The position numbers were made by a program, and so were the translations under genes. Source: Octopus vulgaris (taxonomy: Eukaryota). Taken from it: DNA of 64,000 bases. Position 1 is the stretch's first letter; every line of letters starts with the position of its first letter. Where the stretch lies: the NCBI GenBank assembly GCA_951406725.2, contig OX597818.1, positions 114,142,001-114,206,000 of the forward strand, read 5' to 3'. Below are positions 52,754-64,000 of the stretch, one piece after another. The notes beneath the pieces are model-generated. The model was not told where the DNA came from. It saw only the letters and a program-made list of their open reading frames with translations, and did not search any database.

Positions 52754-54740
52754 TTAAGTGATAAACTTCTGGAAAGTTTTACAGATTTGTGTAGTTCCAG
52801 TGATGGATTTGATCAGTAGTCTTCGAATTAGTTTTCTCCTTTCTGGTTTAGAGAAGCCTAATTCCTCAAGATTGGTATTTAGACAGTGTGTTACATATCC
52901 CAAGTTCCCAATAATTGCAGGTATAAACCTGAACTTGCAATCTGGATAGAGTAGCTGCAGATTTCTCTTTTCACTGTTCTTCAGCTTTATGTTAACATCC
53001 TCTGGGCAGCTAATTTCCACAACTGTGCACAGTTTCTCTTCTCTATCCCAAATCCTTATATCAGGTCTGTTGTGCTTACATTTTATTGAAGCTTTCACTG
53101 GGACATTCCACAGTAATCCATACTGCGAGTTCTTATTTCTTATCCATCCGACGTATTTCATTATATAGTGTCCTAGCTACAACATCATGACTCATCGGTA
53201 GATAATACCGAGATGACATTTTCGGACGACTGCTTATGATGTGGGTGATATCTTCGGTCTTAACTCTACAAAGTCTGCATCGGTTGTCACATTTTACTGC
53301 TTTTCCTGCGTCTCTATCCCTTGTGTGCATCAGGTATTTGGTTGATATTTTCTGTTCCTGGATTGCAAACACATACCTTTCAAAGTGGGAGGTAGTAATC
53401 TGGCTATTAGTCCATGATAGACTGCTTTGATGATCAATGTTACTATCATCTCGGAGCTTTCTACTAATATATATATGCACGGTCTTCTGCTGATATACGC
53501 TCACCCTTTCATCTGATGATATATTTCGGTAGAGTCGTGTGACGTCTTTGGGCATGTATTTAAGTCTATCAGATAAGGAATGTTTCTCAAAGAGCTGCTT
53601 TCTAAGTCTCATGGTTTTATCAGCCTCATATATGTAAACTTCGTCAAGGGACACACTTCGACACTTGATGGTTAAAAGATGTTGCCGAAGGGATATGATA
53701 CGACATTCAAAGGCCGTCTGGACTGATGTTAAACCTCTGCCACTTTGTTTTCATTTCAGGTAAAGACGCTACTGTTGATGTGGAAGTTACGTGTGCTGGT
53801 TAGAAAATTCCGGGTTTTCACACCAGTGACTCGGATCTCATCAAGCGTCCAATCAAGCAGCCCAACTGTTGGTATGAGTACTGGCACTCCAAAGAAATTT
53901 TGTTGAATGCAGAGAGTTTCGAGGTCTAAATTTTCTTTATTCTACTGTAATATTCTTTAGTGTTACGTTGCAGGTTCCATTGTAAGACATGTTTTCATCC
54001 ACCCCTAGACGCCTGTAACATTCATCATCAAATATAGGGGATGTTGCTAGGGTGGTTTACAGTTTTTCCCTTTTCATAATCATATAGCAACAATTTTCCT
54101 GACCAAATTCCAACCCTACATTCTTTGAGAATGTTTTAACCAGGTCAGAGCTCTTTTTCATCTCGTGCATATTCTTTGCATAAAGATTCAAGCCAACCAC
54201 ACAAAACAAGTATGCTATTTTGGTATTTCTGTTTCCTTGGGAACCAGTGAGATATCCTTCAGACTTCCATAACATGAACGACAATGGATTTACAGAAAGT
54301 ATAAACAACATCACAGAGCGGTTGTCTCCTTGGAATAAACCTCTGCGAAACTCTACTCTGCCAGTGATAATACAATCACATTTTGCATTTAACTTCAAGA
54401 TGGTGGCCCACGATGAAGTCAGGTCACCTATCACATTGACCATGCTCACTGGAACTTTAGAAGATTGAAAGGCTTCTAGCATCCGTGAGTGAGGAACAGA
54501 ATCAAAGGCTTTCTTGTAGTCTAGCCACATTGAAACTAGATTCCTCCTATGCTCTCGCACGTCCGGCATTACAGTTTTGCTTAACAGTTGCTCGGCACAT
54601 TCCTAGAATCCGTTCATCCCAGCCGCTTGTTCTCCTGTGATGATGTTATTACTTTCACAACGGTGTTGGAGGAAGAGGTTTAAGCATGCTGTTTATATTG
54701 TATACGTTAAGCTCTGGCATGCTATCGGCCGGTAGTGTAT
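52754..54740 (-). pseudogene. Decayed R4-type LINE (RT plus REL), a different family from the 24876 element
   Basis: [41 protein letters not shown] and HNRPDI..VVEISCP. Confidence 0.88.
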
Positions 54741-54824
54741 TTGCCTTCAACATAAAGAGACGAATTCAAAACAAATAGACCAGTATACAGGAACTGGTTG
54801 TTAAGATATGTGTGAATGTATGTA

Positions 54825-54920
<96 letters not shown>

Positions 54921-55252
54921 GAGAGGGAGAGAGAGAGAGGTGTGGAAGGAGAGAATAATGGAAGTAAATAAATGAAACCACTTGGGCTAGATATACAAGC
55001 AAATATACACGCAAATAGAGAGAAACAAAGACTGAAAATATCCAGATGAGCATTTCATGAATATTCATGAATATTCATGCATAAATTTATAGATGTTTAT
55101 ATATTAACAGAGTACAAAACGCAGAAAATTAAGGGATGAAGGTGGGGTGTTACTGCTCCGACAGCTGTTTCTGGGGATTCGGAATTACTTAATTATGTTT
55201 GCAGACGTAGTTCTTAAAAAGTCAAGGATATGCAACCAGTAGTGGAAGCAAA

Positions 55253-56137
55253 CGTGGTCTGATCATTAAGTATCTGGTCTGTTGCCATAGTAACGAAGCT
55301 AAAGTACAGAAAGTGAAGCCGCTTCGCACGGTTTGACCTTGAACTATATTGTGAATGCGCTTTAGGTTTTAACGATCTAGCTCACTTCCGCTGTGTACAG
55401 CAGTGCTTGGAAGGAAGGTGTGTAGCGTATGATTGTCGCATTGACCATGAGAGAGAAAGTTGAGTAGAGAATCTGCATGAAATTTTGCTAAAAGCATGGT
55501 GATACCCGCTCAGAGGCCTACGCAAAGTTTTCAAAACGTTTTCATCGATTTTAGACACAATGAAGGAGATCTTGTACAACTGAAACCCGAGTGTCTTTTT
55601 GGTCAGCTGAAAGCAGTTTTGGCACAAACTTAGCAGACACGTGTCTCGTACCAAAATCTTCAGCGATAATGGATTAAACTGAACTGTAACTAATCTGCCC
55701 ATCCTCTGATAACTCATGGATGGTGATTCTACGATTTCCTCTCACAGCTGCACGCACATCTGCGATGCTTTTCTCAGTTCTGCTTGTTGCAGGTCTCCCA
55801 GAAAGTTCGTCAATATCGACATTTTTTCGGCCATCTTGGAAACATTTAAGCCACTCGTACATTTGTGCACGGCTCATATACCTCTCTCCATACACTTTCT
55901 GCAACTTTGCGTAGGCCTCTGGGCAGGTATCGCCACGACAAACTCAATGCGAATGATCACACGTTACACACGTTACTTCGAAGAACTGCTGTAAACAGCG
56001 CAAGTGAGCTAAAACGTTAAAACTTAGTGCGCATGTACAGCAGTGTTCATGGTCAAACTGTGCGAAACAGCTTCACTCTGCGTGCTTTAGTTTCGTTATT
56101 ACGGCAATAGTATGGCAACTTATTGATCAGACCGCGT
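55253..56137. mobile_element. Mariner-derived foldback element built from two 5' ends
   Basis: TIRs are CGTGGTCTGATCATTAAGT / ACTTATTGATCAGACCGCG, and inverted similarity extends about 250 bp inward. The minus-strand HTH fragment QMYEWLKCF...SGRPATSRT lies at 55674-55904. Confidence 0.8.
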
Positions 56138-56589
56138 ATAAACATTAAGTAGACCTGGCCCACGTCTTCAGGTTGAGATAGCAGCCCTTTAGTACGGATG
56201 AGTGTGTTTGCTAGGGTATGTGTACGTATGAATCTAGCATGTGCAAATCTACCATGTGTGAGTGTGCACAATATATGTACATCAACAGCGTATGTATCAG
56301 TTGCATGACTGCGTGTGTGTGTGTGTGTATGTGTGTGTGTGTGTGTGTGTGACTGTGCGTACACGTGCAAATACGTATGCATTAGTTTATTTACATTGAG
56401 TTACCATAAAACATTTTTTTAGAATATTGTGTTGTTAACAATCTGTTATTGTACACGTTTGAAAAGAAAATACTGTAATTGCATTGCAGCTGTGGGTTTC
56501 TTAAATATTTATAGTAGAACACTAAAAGAAGGCGCGCATACGCATTCACACATACACACACGTATCCTTACAGCTAATACACTTACCTA

Positions 56590-57180
56590 GGAATGAAGGT
56601 GGAAAAGATAGTGTTGTGAAGGAGATCAAAGCAACTGAGCCTGAATCCAGATATTAATATTTGTGAAATTTTGAAACTGATGTAACTAAGAACAATGATA
56701 TGACAGAAAAAAAAACAAAAAAAAAAAAAAAGAGGAAAGAGTACCTGCGGCGAGTGAGAAAAATATTGGTTTCAAAGTTGATTGCCAGATACTTCGGCAA
56801 TAAACTTGCGCGCAGTCGCGGTTGTTCGGTGTGGCGCTGGAATCCTGAAGTAGAGAGAGGAGGAACTAAAGAAATGAACAGGAAGACAAGAAAGCTTCTA
56901 ACGATGCCTGGAGCCCATCATCCACGTGCAGACACTGATCACCTATACACGAAGGGAGCAAATGGAGGAAGGGGGCTGATAGGTATGGAAGACTTGGGAA
57001 CTTGCAGAAATATTTATTCGAAAGTGAGGCAACCCTGATAGTGTCAGTTAGGGATGAAAGCAAGAGAACAGAAAGGAACAAGACAAGAAATGCGAGAGGG
57101 ATGTAAAGAGGCAGCATGCGATATGGGATTACGCAATGAATTCCACGTAGCAACAACTGAAATTGCTGGAAAACGTAGGT
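56590..57180 (+). pseudogene. R4-type LINE fragment (post-RT region)
   Basis: EYLRRVRKIL.SKL and MNRKTRKLLTM.GAHHPRADTDHLY...GGRGL. Confidence 0.8.
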
Positions 57181-57183
57181 GGT

Positions 57184-57630
57184 GGCGGCGCGATGGCAGA
57201 AACGTTAGCACGCCGGGCGAAATGCGTAGCCGTATTTCGTCTGCCGTTACGTTCTGAGTTCAAATTCCGCCGAGGTCGACTTTGCCTTTCATCCTTTCGG
57301 GGTCGATAAATTAAGTACCAATTACGCACTGGGGTCGATATAATCGACTTAATCCGTTTGTCTTTCCTTGTTTGTCCTGTCTGTGTTTAGCCCCTTGTGG
57401 GTGGTAAAGAAATAGGTATTTCGTCTGCCGTTACGTTCTGAGTTCAAATTCCGCCGAGGTTGACTTTGCCTTTCATCCTTTCGGGGTCGATAAATTAAGT
57501 ACCAATTACGCACTGGGGTCGATATAATCGACTTAATCCGTTTGTCTGTCCTTGTTTGTCCTGTCTGTGTTTAGCCCCTTGTGGGTAGTAAAGAAATAGG
57601 TATTTCGTCTGCCGTTACGTTCTGAGTTCA
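57184..57630 (+). mobile_element. SINE with 184-bp internal tandem units (same family as 17515-18114)
   Basis: Units start at 57232, 57416 and 57600 (the last partial). Confidence 0.9.
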
Positions 57631-57950
57631 AAGGAATAAGATCGAAGCTATCAGCACCTGGGCAATTTCACTCCTTAGATATGGAGCAGGGGTAATCACA
57701 TGGACAGTAGACGAATTAAACAGCTTAGATAGAAAGACAAGGAAATTGCTAACTAGATATAGGTTACTCCACCCAAAATGTGACACAGACAGACTGTATG
57801 TACCAAGAAAAAGAGGGGAAAGAGGACTTATTGGATGCGAACACAGCATTAGAGCAGAAGAAAACAACATAGCATGGTATGTAACAACTGCCACAGAACC
57901 ACTATTTTTAGAAGTAGGACGGTCAGGCTTGTGTAGGATGAAAGATTGCA
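57631..57950 (+). pseudogene. Another R4-type LINE fragment
   Basis: NKIEAISTWAI..LRYGAG, LDRKTRKLLT and HPKCDTDRLYVPRKRGERGL. Confidence 0.8.
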
Positions 57951-57982
57951 AAGTTATATATATATGTATGTATATATATATA

Positions 57983-58460
57983 CCGTAAATACTCGAGTAT
58001 AGGCCGCCCTTGAGTATAATACGCAGGGGACTTTTAGGAGGCTGTACCTCTGAAAAACCTAAACTTTGTGTATAATACGCACCCCTTCTCTAACTTGAAT
58101 GAAGGAGGTCTATATAAGTCCTTGGTTTGTAAAAATGTATTCGGTAACGTCCTTTATTATTATTGTATATATAACATAATGCAAACGTGTAGCTTTTTTG
58201 AGCATTTTCTTTGCATAAAATAAAGAAATAACAGTAATAACATTTAATAAATGTTGCTAATTGCAAGTTATGGATGATTTAAGGTATTTTCGCGCCCGAC
58301 ATCACAAAATGCGTCTGAATAAACATTCCCGGACAGCAAATAGAGACTGGAACATTGCTTAGAAAATATTTTTCATTTTTAACCTCATATATAGTAAACA
58401 CTAGGGATTTTGCGCTTTAAATTCTAAGAAAAAATACGGATTATACTCGAGGATTTACGG
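57983..58460. mobile_element. Pogo/Tigger-like MITE
   Basis: TIRs CCGTAAATACTCGAGTATA / TATACTCGAGGATTTACGG within TA flanks; non-coding. Confidence 0.85.
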
Positions 58461-58510
58461 TATATATATATATATATTTAAAATAATATGTTACAATTAC
58501 TCAATAGTCA

Positions 58511-58573
58511 AGATAAAACTCTGAGTTTCAGATGCCGAAGTGGAAATCCACAACACCATCTCTTCGGTTATCT
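58511..58573 (-). ncRNA. Hammerhead-like motif (U4C variant) downstream of the PLE on the same strand; partial copy at ~1600-1680
   Basis: Minus strand reads agataa-CCGAAGA-GATG..(gtgga ttt ccac)..CATC-t-GAAA-CTC a GAG-TT-ttatct. Confidence 0.6.
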
Positions 58574-59369
58574 GGCCATCTGAAAAAACGCTATGAAAAA
58601 TACCGTTATATAAAGGGAAATTACTGTGTTATAATAAGATTAAAATTTCATAGTAAACATGTCTAGTGATACGCTCACATGTGCGCTCGCGGACCCACGT
58701 GCGTACTTATGCGTCACTATGAAAACGTACACATCTTCACTCGCATTTTTCGCCAAATATATACGTATATATATACAAACTCATACACGCAACATGCGTA
58801 CCGTAAAAGTTCATACATACGTCTATATACGCACAAGCGCAAGAAAAACAATGGTTAAAGGTAACAGAAAAAACATAAGGAAGTATACAAAGCATAAAAA
58901 CCACGTTCATATACGGACATGCCCTTATGCACTCATACACACACGCCCATATATGTACATACCCGTACATGTTTATATACGCATACACACACATGCATAT
59001 ACGAAAAATGAATATACATATGCCCCCCCACACACACACCAAAAAAACCTTAAAAAATGGAAAAGTACTAAGTAAAAACGTCTATATATATATATGCATT
59101 CTTATGCCCGCACACACGCACACATCTAAAACTGCCCACTCAGACATATTCATACACGTGTACAAATGAATCTATATACACGTCTATATAGGCACAGGTA
59201 AAAATGCAGGATAGAAAAGTACAGAAAAAATTATTGTGTGAAAATATAAAAATATATGAAATAATAAAAGGTATAATGAGATAAAAACTTTTTGGGACAT
59301 AATATAGAAAGCAAGTTCTATCTGTTTTCTTTAGGGGACTAAAAACGTAATAAAAATTTTGTCACATGT

Positions 59370-60530
59370 GGGCATGATCCGAAAAGTTCTGTCCTTGAGT
59401 TTAGACATGTAGTAGGGTCTAAACTGCTTTTCCTGATAAGCCATCTCTCCATGTCGCACAGACCGCACTTTCCGCTGCCGTTGGTGTAGGGCTTACATTT
59501 TGCCAAAATCTTCCAATGGATGTTATAATCGACACCTTTATCTTTTAAAGACCAAATATGATTAGATAATTTTGTCGCTTTTCTTTTGTTCCAGTGCCTA
59601 AACTCAAGGTGTGGTTATTGAACCTGGCCTTGAAATTACCCTCTGTAAGGCCCACGTATTTCTTCGTCGAAACGGTGTCTTTAGTGGTTATAGAGTCCAC
59701 GGTAGCTTCATAGATGATGGTCTCGGACATGCAAGCTCCATTTAGCGGGCACAATTTTTTATTCCTGCATGAACAGCTGTTTTCTTGTTGTGGTTTTTGT
59801 GTGTTATGTGTGATTATATTTTTAAAATTGGTAGTTGAACTAAAACTAATTTTTAAATTGTGTTTATTGAAGAGTTTCCTATAAGTATGGTTAACTGGAA
59901 AATGTCTATCTATCAGTGTTAAGAAATATTTACCTATATTGAAGGTCACCTCAGGTGAGTAAGGGGGTGTAAACCAGATGATCTTCCTATTTCTATTTTT
60001 CCTCTTCTTTACTGTTAGGCTAGTAACAGGTGTATATTTTATTTTTTCGCTAAAACCACTATCTTTTAAAGCCTTATTATAAACTGGGGCAACGCTATTA
60101 AAAATGTCCTTATCGGAGGAGAGGCTAGAAATTCTCTTACTAATATTTTAAACTAAATTTTTGAATACTATAGGGGGATGGCATGAACCTACATTAATAT
60201 AACTAAGTCTATCATTGGGCTTCCTATAATGCTTATAAATATTCTTATTTAGATCTAAGGAAACGTCTAGGAAATTGACAACCGTCAGGTTAGTATCTAT
60301 AGCTATACTAAGTCCGAAGTATTTCATTAATTGGATAATATCCTTCCTAAAACGATCCTGTGCTGGTCCATTTGTATTAGCGGTTAAAGCGAGGGCATCA
60401 TCTTTGTAGATGGCGAAATATACGTCAGGAAATGTCTTACCTAAAGTATCTAAGAGAAAAAATCCAATAATATCGCAAATGCCTGCTGCATCATATGACC
60501 CCATGCTCACATCGAAAGCACCCTCTGTTT
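59370..60530 (-). pseudogene. Penelope-like element remnant: RT C-terminal half plus GIY-YIG endonuclease
   Basis: SMGSYDAAGICDIIG, IYKDDAL, VNFLDV and HPP, then FNIGKYFLTLIDRHF, CSCR..CPLNGAC, IIYEATV...KYVGLTE..FKARFNNH and a downstream CGLC. Confidence 0.92.
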
Positions 60531-60578
60531 ACATAATATTGAGGTATCTTTCTTTCTTTTGTTATCTTACCGTTTTTA

Positions 60579-60652
<74 letters not shown>

Positions 60653-60742
60653 TAATCCAAACAAGAAAGCACAAAAAAAAACACAACAACGCAAGGACGT
60701 GGAACAAATCTAGTATTATTAGACACTCAGGAAAGAAGGAGG

Positions 60743-60777
60743 GTTTAACGTTTCGAGCGGAGCTCTTCGTCGGAAAC
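60743..60777 (-). ncRNA. Minimal hammerhead, U4C variant (second copy at 61187-61221; decayed copies in each unit of the 8419-12004 triplication)
   Basis: Minus strand reads gttt-CCGACGA-a-GAGC tcc GCTC-GAAA-CG-TT-aaac. Stem III is the palindrome AACGTT. Confidence 0.65.
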
Positions 60778-62613
60778 ATAGGAGAAGGAAAGATCCAGAG
60801 ACGGGAAGACAGAGGAAAAAGATCGCCAACGGTACACACGAGGTCAGTGAATGTCTGTGTAGGTGTAAGTGGTGGCGACACAAGTGGGAAAATGGAAGTA
60901 GAAGAAGAAAGGTAAAAAAGGACGAGGAAAAAGTGAAAGAGTCACGGACAAATTTTTTTGATTTCCAATCACGATTTCAGTGGCGTACTCCGGAAGAATG
61001 GTAACAGTAATCCGTAGGCGTAAAAATCAAGGAATTGGTATCCAAGGCACTCAGAGAGCCGGGGTCCGTGTGAGCGTGCGGTATGTAAAGTTAATCCAAA
61101 CAAGAAAGCACAAAAAATACAACAATGCGAGGACGTGGAACAAATATAGTATTATTGGACGCTCAGGAAAGAAGGAAAGAAGAAGAGTTTAACGTTTCGA
61201 GGGGAGCTTTTCGTCGGAAACATAGGAGAAGGAAAGGTCCAGAGAAGGGAAGGCAGAGGAAAAAAATCGCCAACGATATATATACAATTTAAAAATAGGA
61301 TAAAATCTTCATAAGAATTTATCAAGTAGTTAGCATGAAAACCTCATAAGACAAAAAATCCACATAAGAAAAAAATTATATATATATACATACATAATAC
61401 ACACACACACACACACGCAGATACACACACACACACACACACACACATACACACACACACAAACATATATATACGGAGCAAATAACTCAGGAGTAAAAAT
61501 AATTTTTAAAAAATAATTTGCGAAGATAGCAAAAAAGCATTAAATAGCTTTACGTTTTATTTACACTTTTTTCAACGCTTTCTTCCGTTATCGGATTTAT
61601 CAAAAAGTGATTTAAAGTTAGATTTCTTTGGTCTTTTTATATGTAAAAAATTTGTGGTGTTTGCCAAGCATGGGAGAAGAAAGAAAAGAAAGTTGTTTTG
61701 AGAAAGGAGTGGGGAAGAGGCATACAAAATTGGTATGGTCAGACTTCTCTGTTTAGTATTTAGTGACTTTTTTATGGTGGGGAAGGAAAAACAATTTTTG
61801 TATTTGAATTGATTTTAACTGAAAAACCAGATGTTACTTTTGGCTTTCTTTAATAAAAATTATAATTGCATTTCCATGTCTTGTTTCTTTATGCTTTTCT
61901 GTTCATTAATGTGGTGGAGGTATAGAAGTCTGTTTTTGTAATAGTGTGATAACAGTTTTGTAGCAGTCAGGATTATTAACTGAAAACCCCAGATGTTCTT
62001 GACTTTCTTCAGTAGAAATCATAATTGCATTTCTAGGTCTTGTTCTTTTGTATTCAATAAAGAATAGTTGTATGGATGTGATCTACTTCTTTTGATTGAA
62101 TTTCTAGATGTTTTTGAAATAGTAATTTCAAAAACCAAACCACACACCACCAAACCATGCCACGCCACACCACATCACACCACCCTGCACACACAAGCAT
62201 TGACCACTTCCCAGAACCCACACCACCATCTACATGCCTACACATGCACCCCACCCACACGTCAAGGTCACCAGCCCCAATCCACACGCACACGCTCTCA
62301 CATACACACGAACGCGCACCTTCGTTTTGAGATCAACACTACTTTATTATCTCCCCTTCTTCCTAGCCCACCTGTCGACTTCTAGCCACTAAAACTTCTT
62401 ATATTTTCTCGTATTCCTTTCTGTTGAAGAGAGTAAGCTCGGAACGTAAAATACTTTCTCCTCTTCTCGAGCTTTAAACAAATACACCTGTTTGTTATTT
62501 ACACATCTAACTTCATCGTTTGTTTTTTGTTTGTAAATTTCAACTATATATATGCATATATACATATGCAAGCAGACATACACACACACACATACACATA
62601 TAAACACACAGAC

Positions 62614-62684
<71 letters not shown>

Positions 62685-62687
<3 letters not shown>

Positions 62688-63133
62688 CAAAATTAAGGAA
62701 CGGCCATAATAGGCCGTTCAACCCACTAGAAATAGCAGCCAAGGCTTCAACCGCAAAACAATATTAATTCCGTAAACCAGGAGAAAATTTAAAAAAACAT
62801 TTACCCTGTAATACTTTATACAATGCATCGTTTCGTCTATTTTTTAATGGTAAATCAACCTGATTAAATTAAATCAAGCTAATCTTCCATAGGCCAATAG
62901 ATTCATCAGTAAAGTAAGCCAGACGGGACAGATATTTTCACGAGGCAGCACCATTACTGTCTCGGCTATATCTGACCTAAAATTTTCAAATCATCGTACT
63001 CGTGCCAAATTTATCGGCAGCAAATATAAGCTGCCGATTCCATTTCGGAATTAAACAGAAAATTCATAATTAATCAATATAGGGTGGCAAAAAATTCAGC
63101 AGAAATTATTTGCCACCAGCAAATATTGATTAA
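62685..63133 (-). mobile_element. Diverged solo copy of the ~492-bp HHR unit
   Basis: Colinear with 3099-3540, with many substitutions; flanked by (TA)n on both sides. Confidence 0.95.
62812..62916 (-). ncRNA. Type I hammerhead ribozyme (solo copy)
   Basis: TACTTTA-CTGATGA-aTCTATT...AATAGAc-GAAA-CGATG CATTG-TA-TAAAGTA. The stems are conserved by compensatory changes relative to the array. Confidence 0.88.
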
Positions 63134-63143
63134 TATATATTGA

Positions 63144-63191
<48 letters not shown>

Positions 63192-63211
63192 CATATATAT
63201 ATATATAAATA

Positions 63212-63262
<51 letters not shown>

Positions 63263-63448
63263 TAAGCAATTAAGGGTTTAGCAACGAATTGCCTCATCAC
63301 ACACCCAATTTAGAAATAGCAGTCAAAGGGTTATAGCTATTCTTTCTACTAAAAGGGAGATCTCAGTAAAAACACAGCACTTGAAAGGCAAACACAGACA
63401 GGTAAGAGAGAATGAAATGACGCCAATCTATCATACAAGTTTAAGTCA

Positions 63449-63539
63449 CCTACGGACGTACGTTTCGAAATCAAGTTTTAGGAAAGCATAAGAATTAGAT
63501 AATTCTACCTTACCCAACTTCTTTTCTCATCAGCGTAGG
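63449..63539 (-). ncRNA. Canonical type I hammerhead ribozyme (left arm of the palindrome)
   Basis: CCTACG-CTGATGA-GAAA...TTTC-GAAA-CGTACG-TC-CGTAGG. Stem I is perfect, stem III is the palindrome ACGTACGT and the triplet is GUC. Confidence 0.9.
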
Positions 63540-63719
63540 ATACTACAATGATGAATAATTGTATATTAAATTTTGAGATACTAGAAGGCATCATCTCAAA
63601 TCAGTGTCAGAGCGAGCTAAAGCATTACATTAAATGCTTTAGCTCGCTCTGACACTGAGTTGAGATGATGCCTTCTAGTATCTCAAAATTTAATATACAA
63701 TTATTCATCATTGTAGTAT

Positions 63720-63810
63720 CCTACGGTGATGAGAAAAGAAGTTGGGTAAGGTAGAATTATCTAATTCTTATGCTTTCTTAAAACTTGATTTCGAAACGTA
63801 CCTCCGTAGG
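63720..63810 (+). ncRNA. Mutated hammerhead (right arm of the palindrome)
   Basis: Same motif, but the core reads GTGATGA (C3G) and stem III reads CGTACCTC; probably inactive. Confidence 0.6.
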
Positions 63811-64000
63811 TGACTTAAAATTGTATGATAGATTGCCGTCATTTCATTCTCTCTTACCTGTCTGTGTTTGCCTTTCAAGTGCTGTGTTTTTACTGAGATC
63901 TCCCTTTTAGTAGAAAGAATAGCTATAACCCTTTGACTGCTATTTCTAAATTCGGTGTGTGGTGAGGCAATTCGTTGCTAAACCCTTAATTGCTTAGTAT

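Larger units (their letters stand above)
63259..64000. repeat. Near-perfect palindrome: 368-bp arms with a 6-bp spacer at 63627-63632
   Basis: 63259-63626 is the reverse complement of 63633-64000 apart from a handful of mismatches. Confidence 0.97.

Noticed and set aside
61810-62060. ~165-bp imperfect direct repeat containing CTGAAGA on the minus strand
   Set aside because: I found no matching stem II, GAAA and stem III, so it is not called a hammerhead.

Overview
AT-rich, repeat-saturated eukaryotic intergenic or intronic DNA. The SINE families, microsatellite load and LINE types resemble a cephalopod (octopus-like) genome, which is an inference. I recognise no host protein-coding gene, and almost all ORF-track entries are microsatellite read-throughs. 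The window holds decayed mariner, pogo-like and Helitron-type DNA elements, R4/Dong-type, CR1-like, RTE-like and L1/Tx1-like LINE remnants, a gypsy gag-protease remnant, several Penelope-like (PLE) RT and GIY-YIG remnants, and many tRNA-derived SINEs. The main signal is a dense set of type I hammerhead ribozyme (HHR) motifs. A 3.8-kb array of near-identical ~492-bp units (3099-6927) carries one canonical HHR per full unit, 3 on the minus strand and 5 on the plus strand, diverging from an inversion junction. A diverged solo copy at 62.7-63.1 kb shows compensatory changes in all three HHR stems. A 742-bp palindrome at the window end carries a different HHR family, a tRNA-headed element contains an HHR, and several variant-core minimal HHRs occur elsewhere. 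Together these look like a retrozyme-like, PLE-dependent self-cleaving RNA system. All structures were read by eye; no folding or database search was run.
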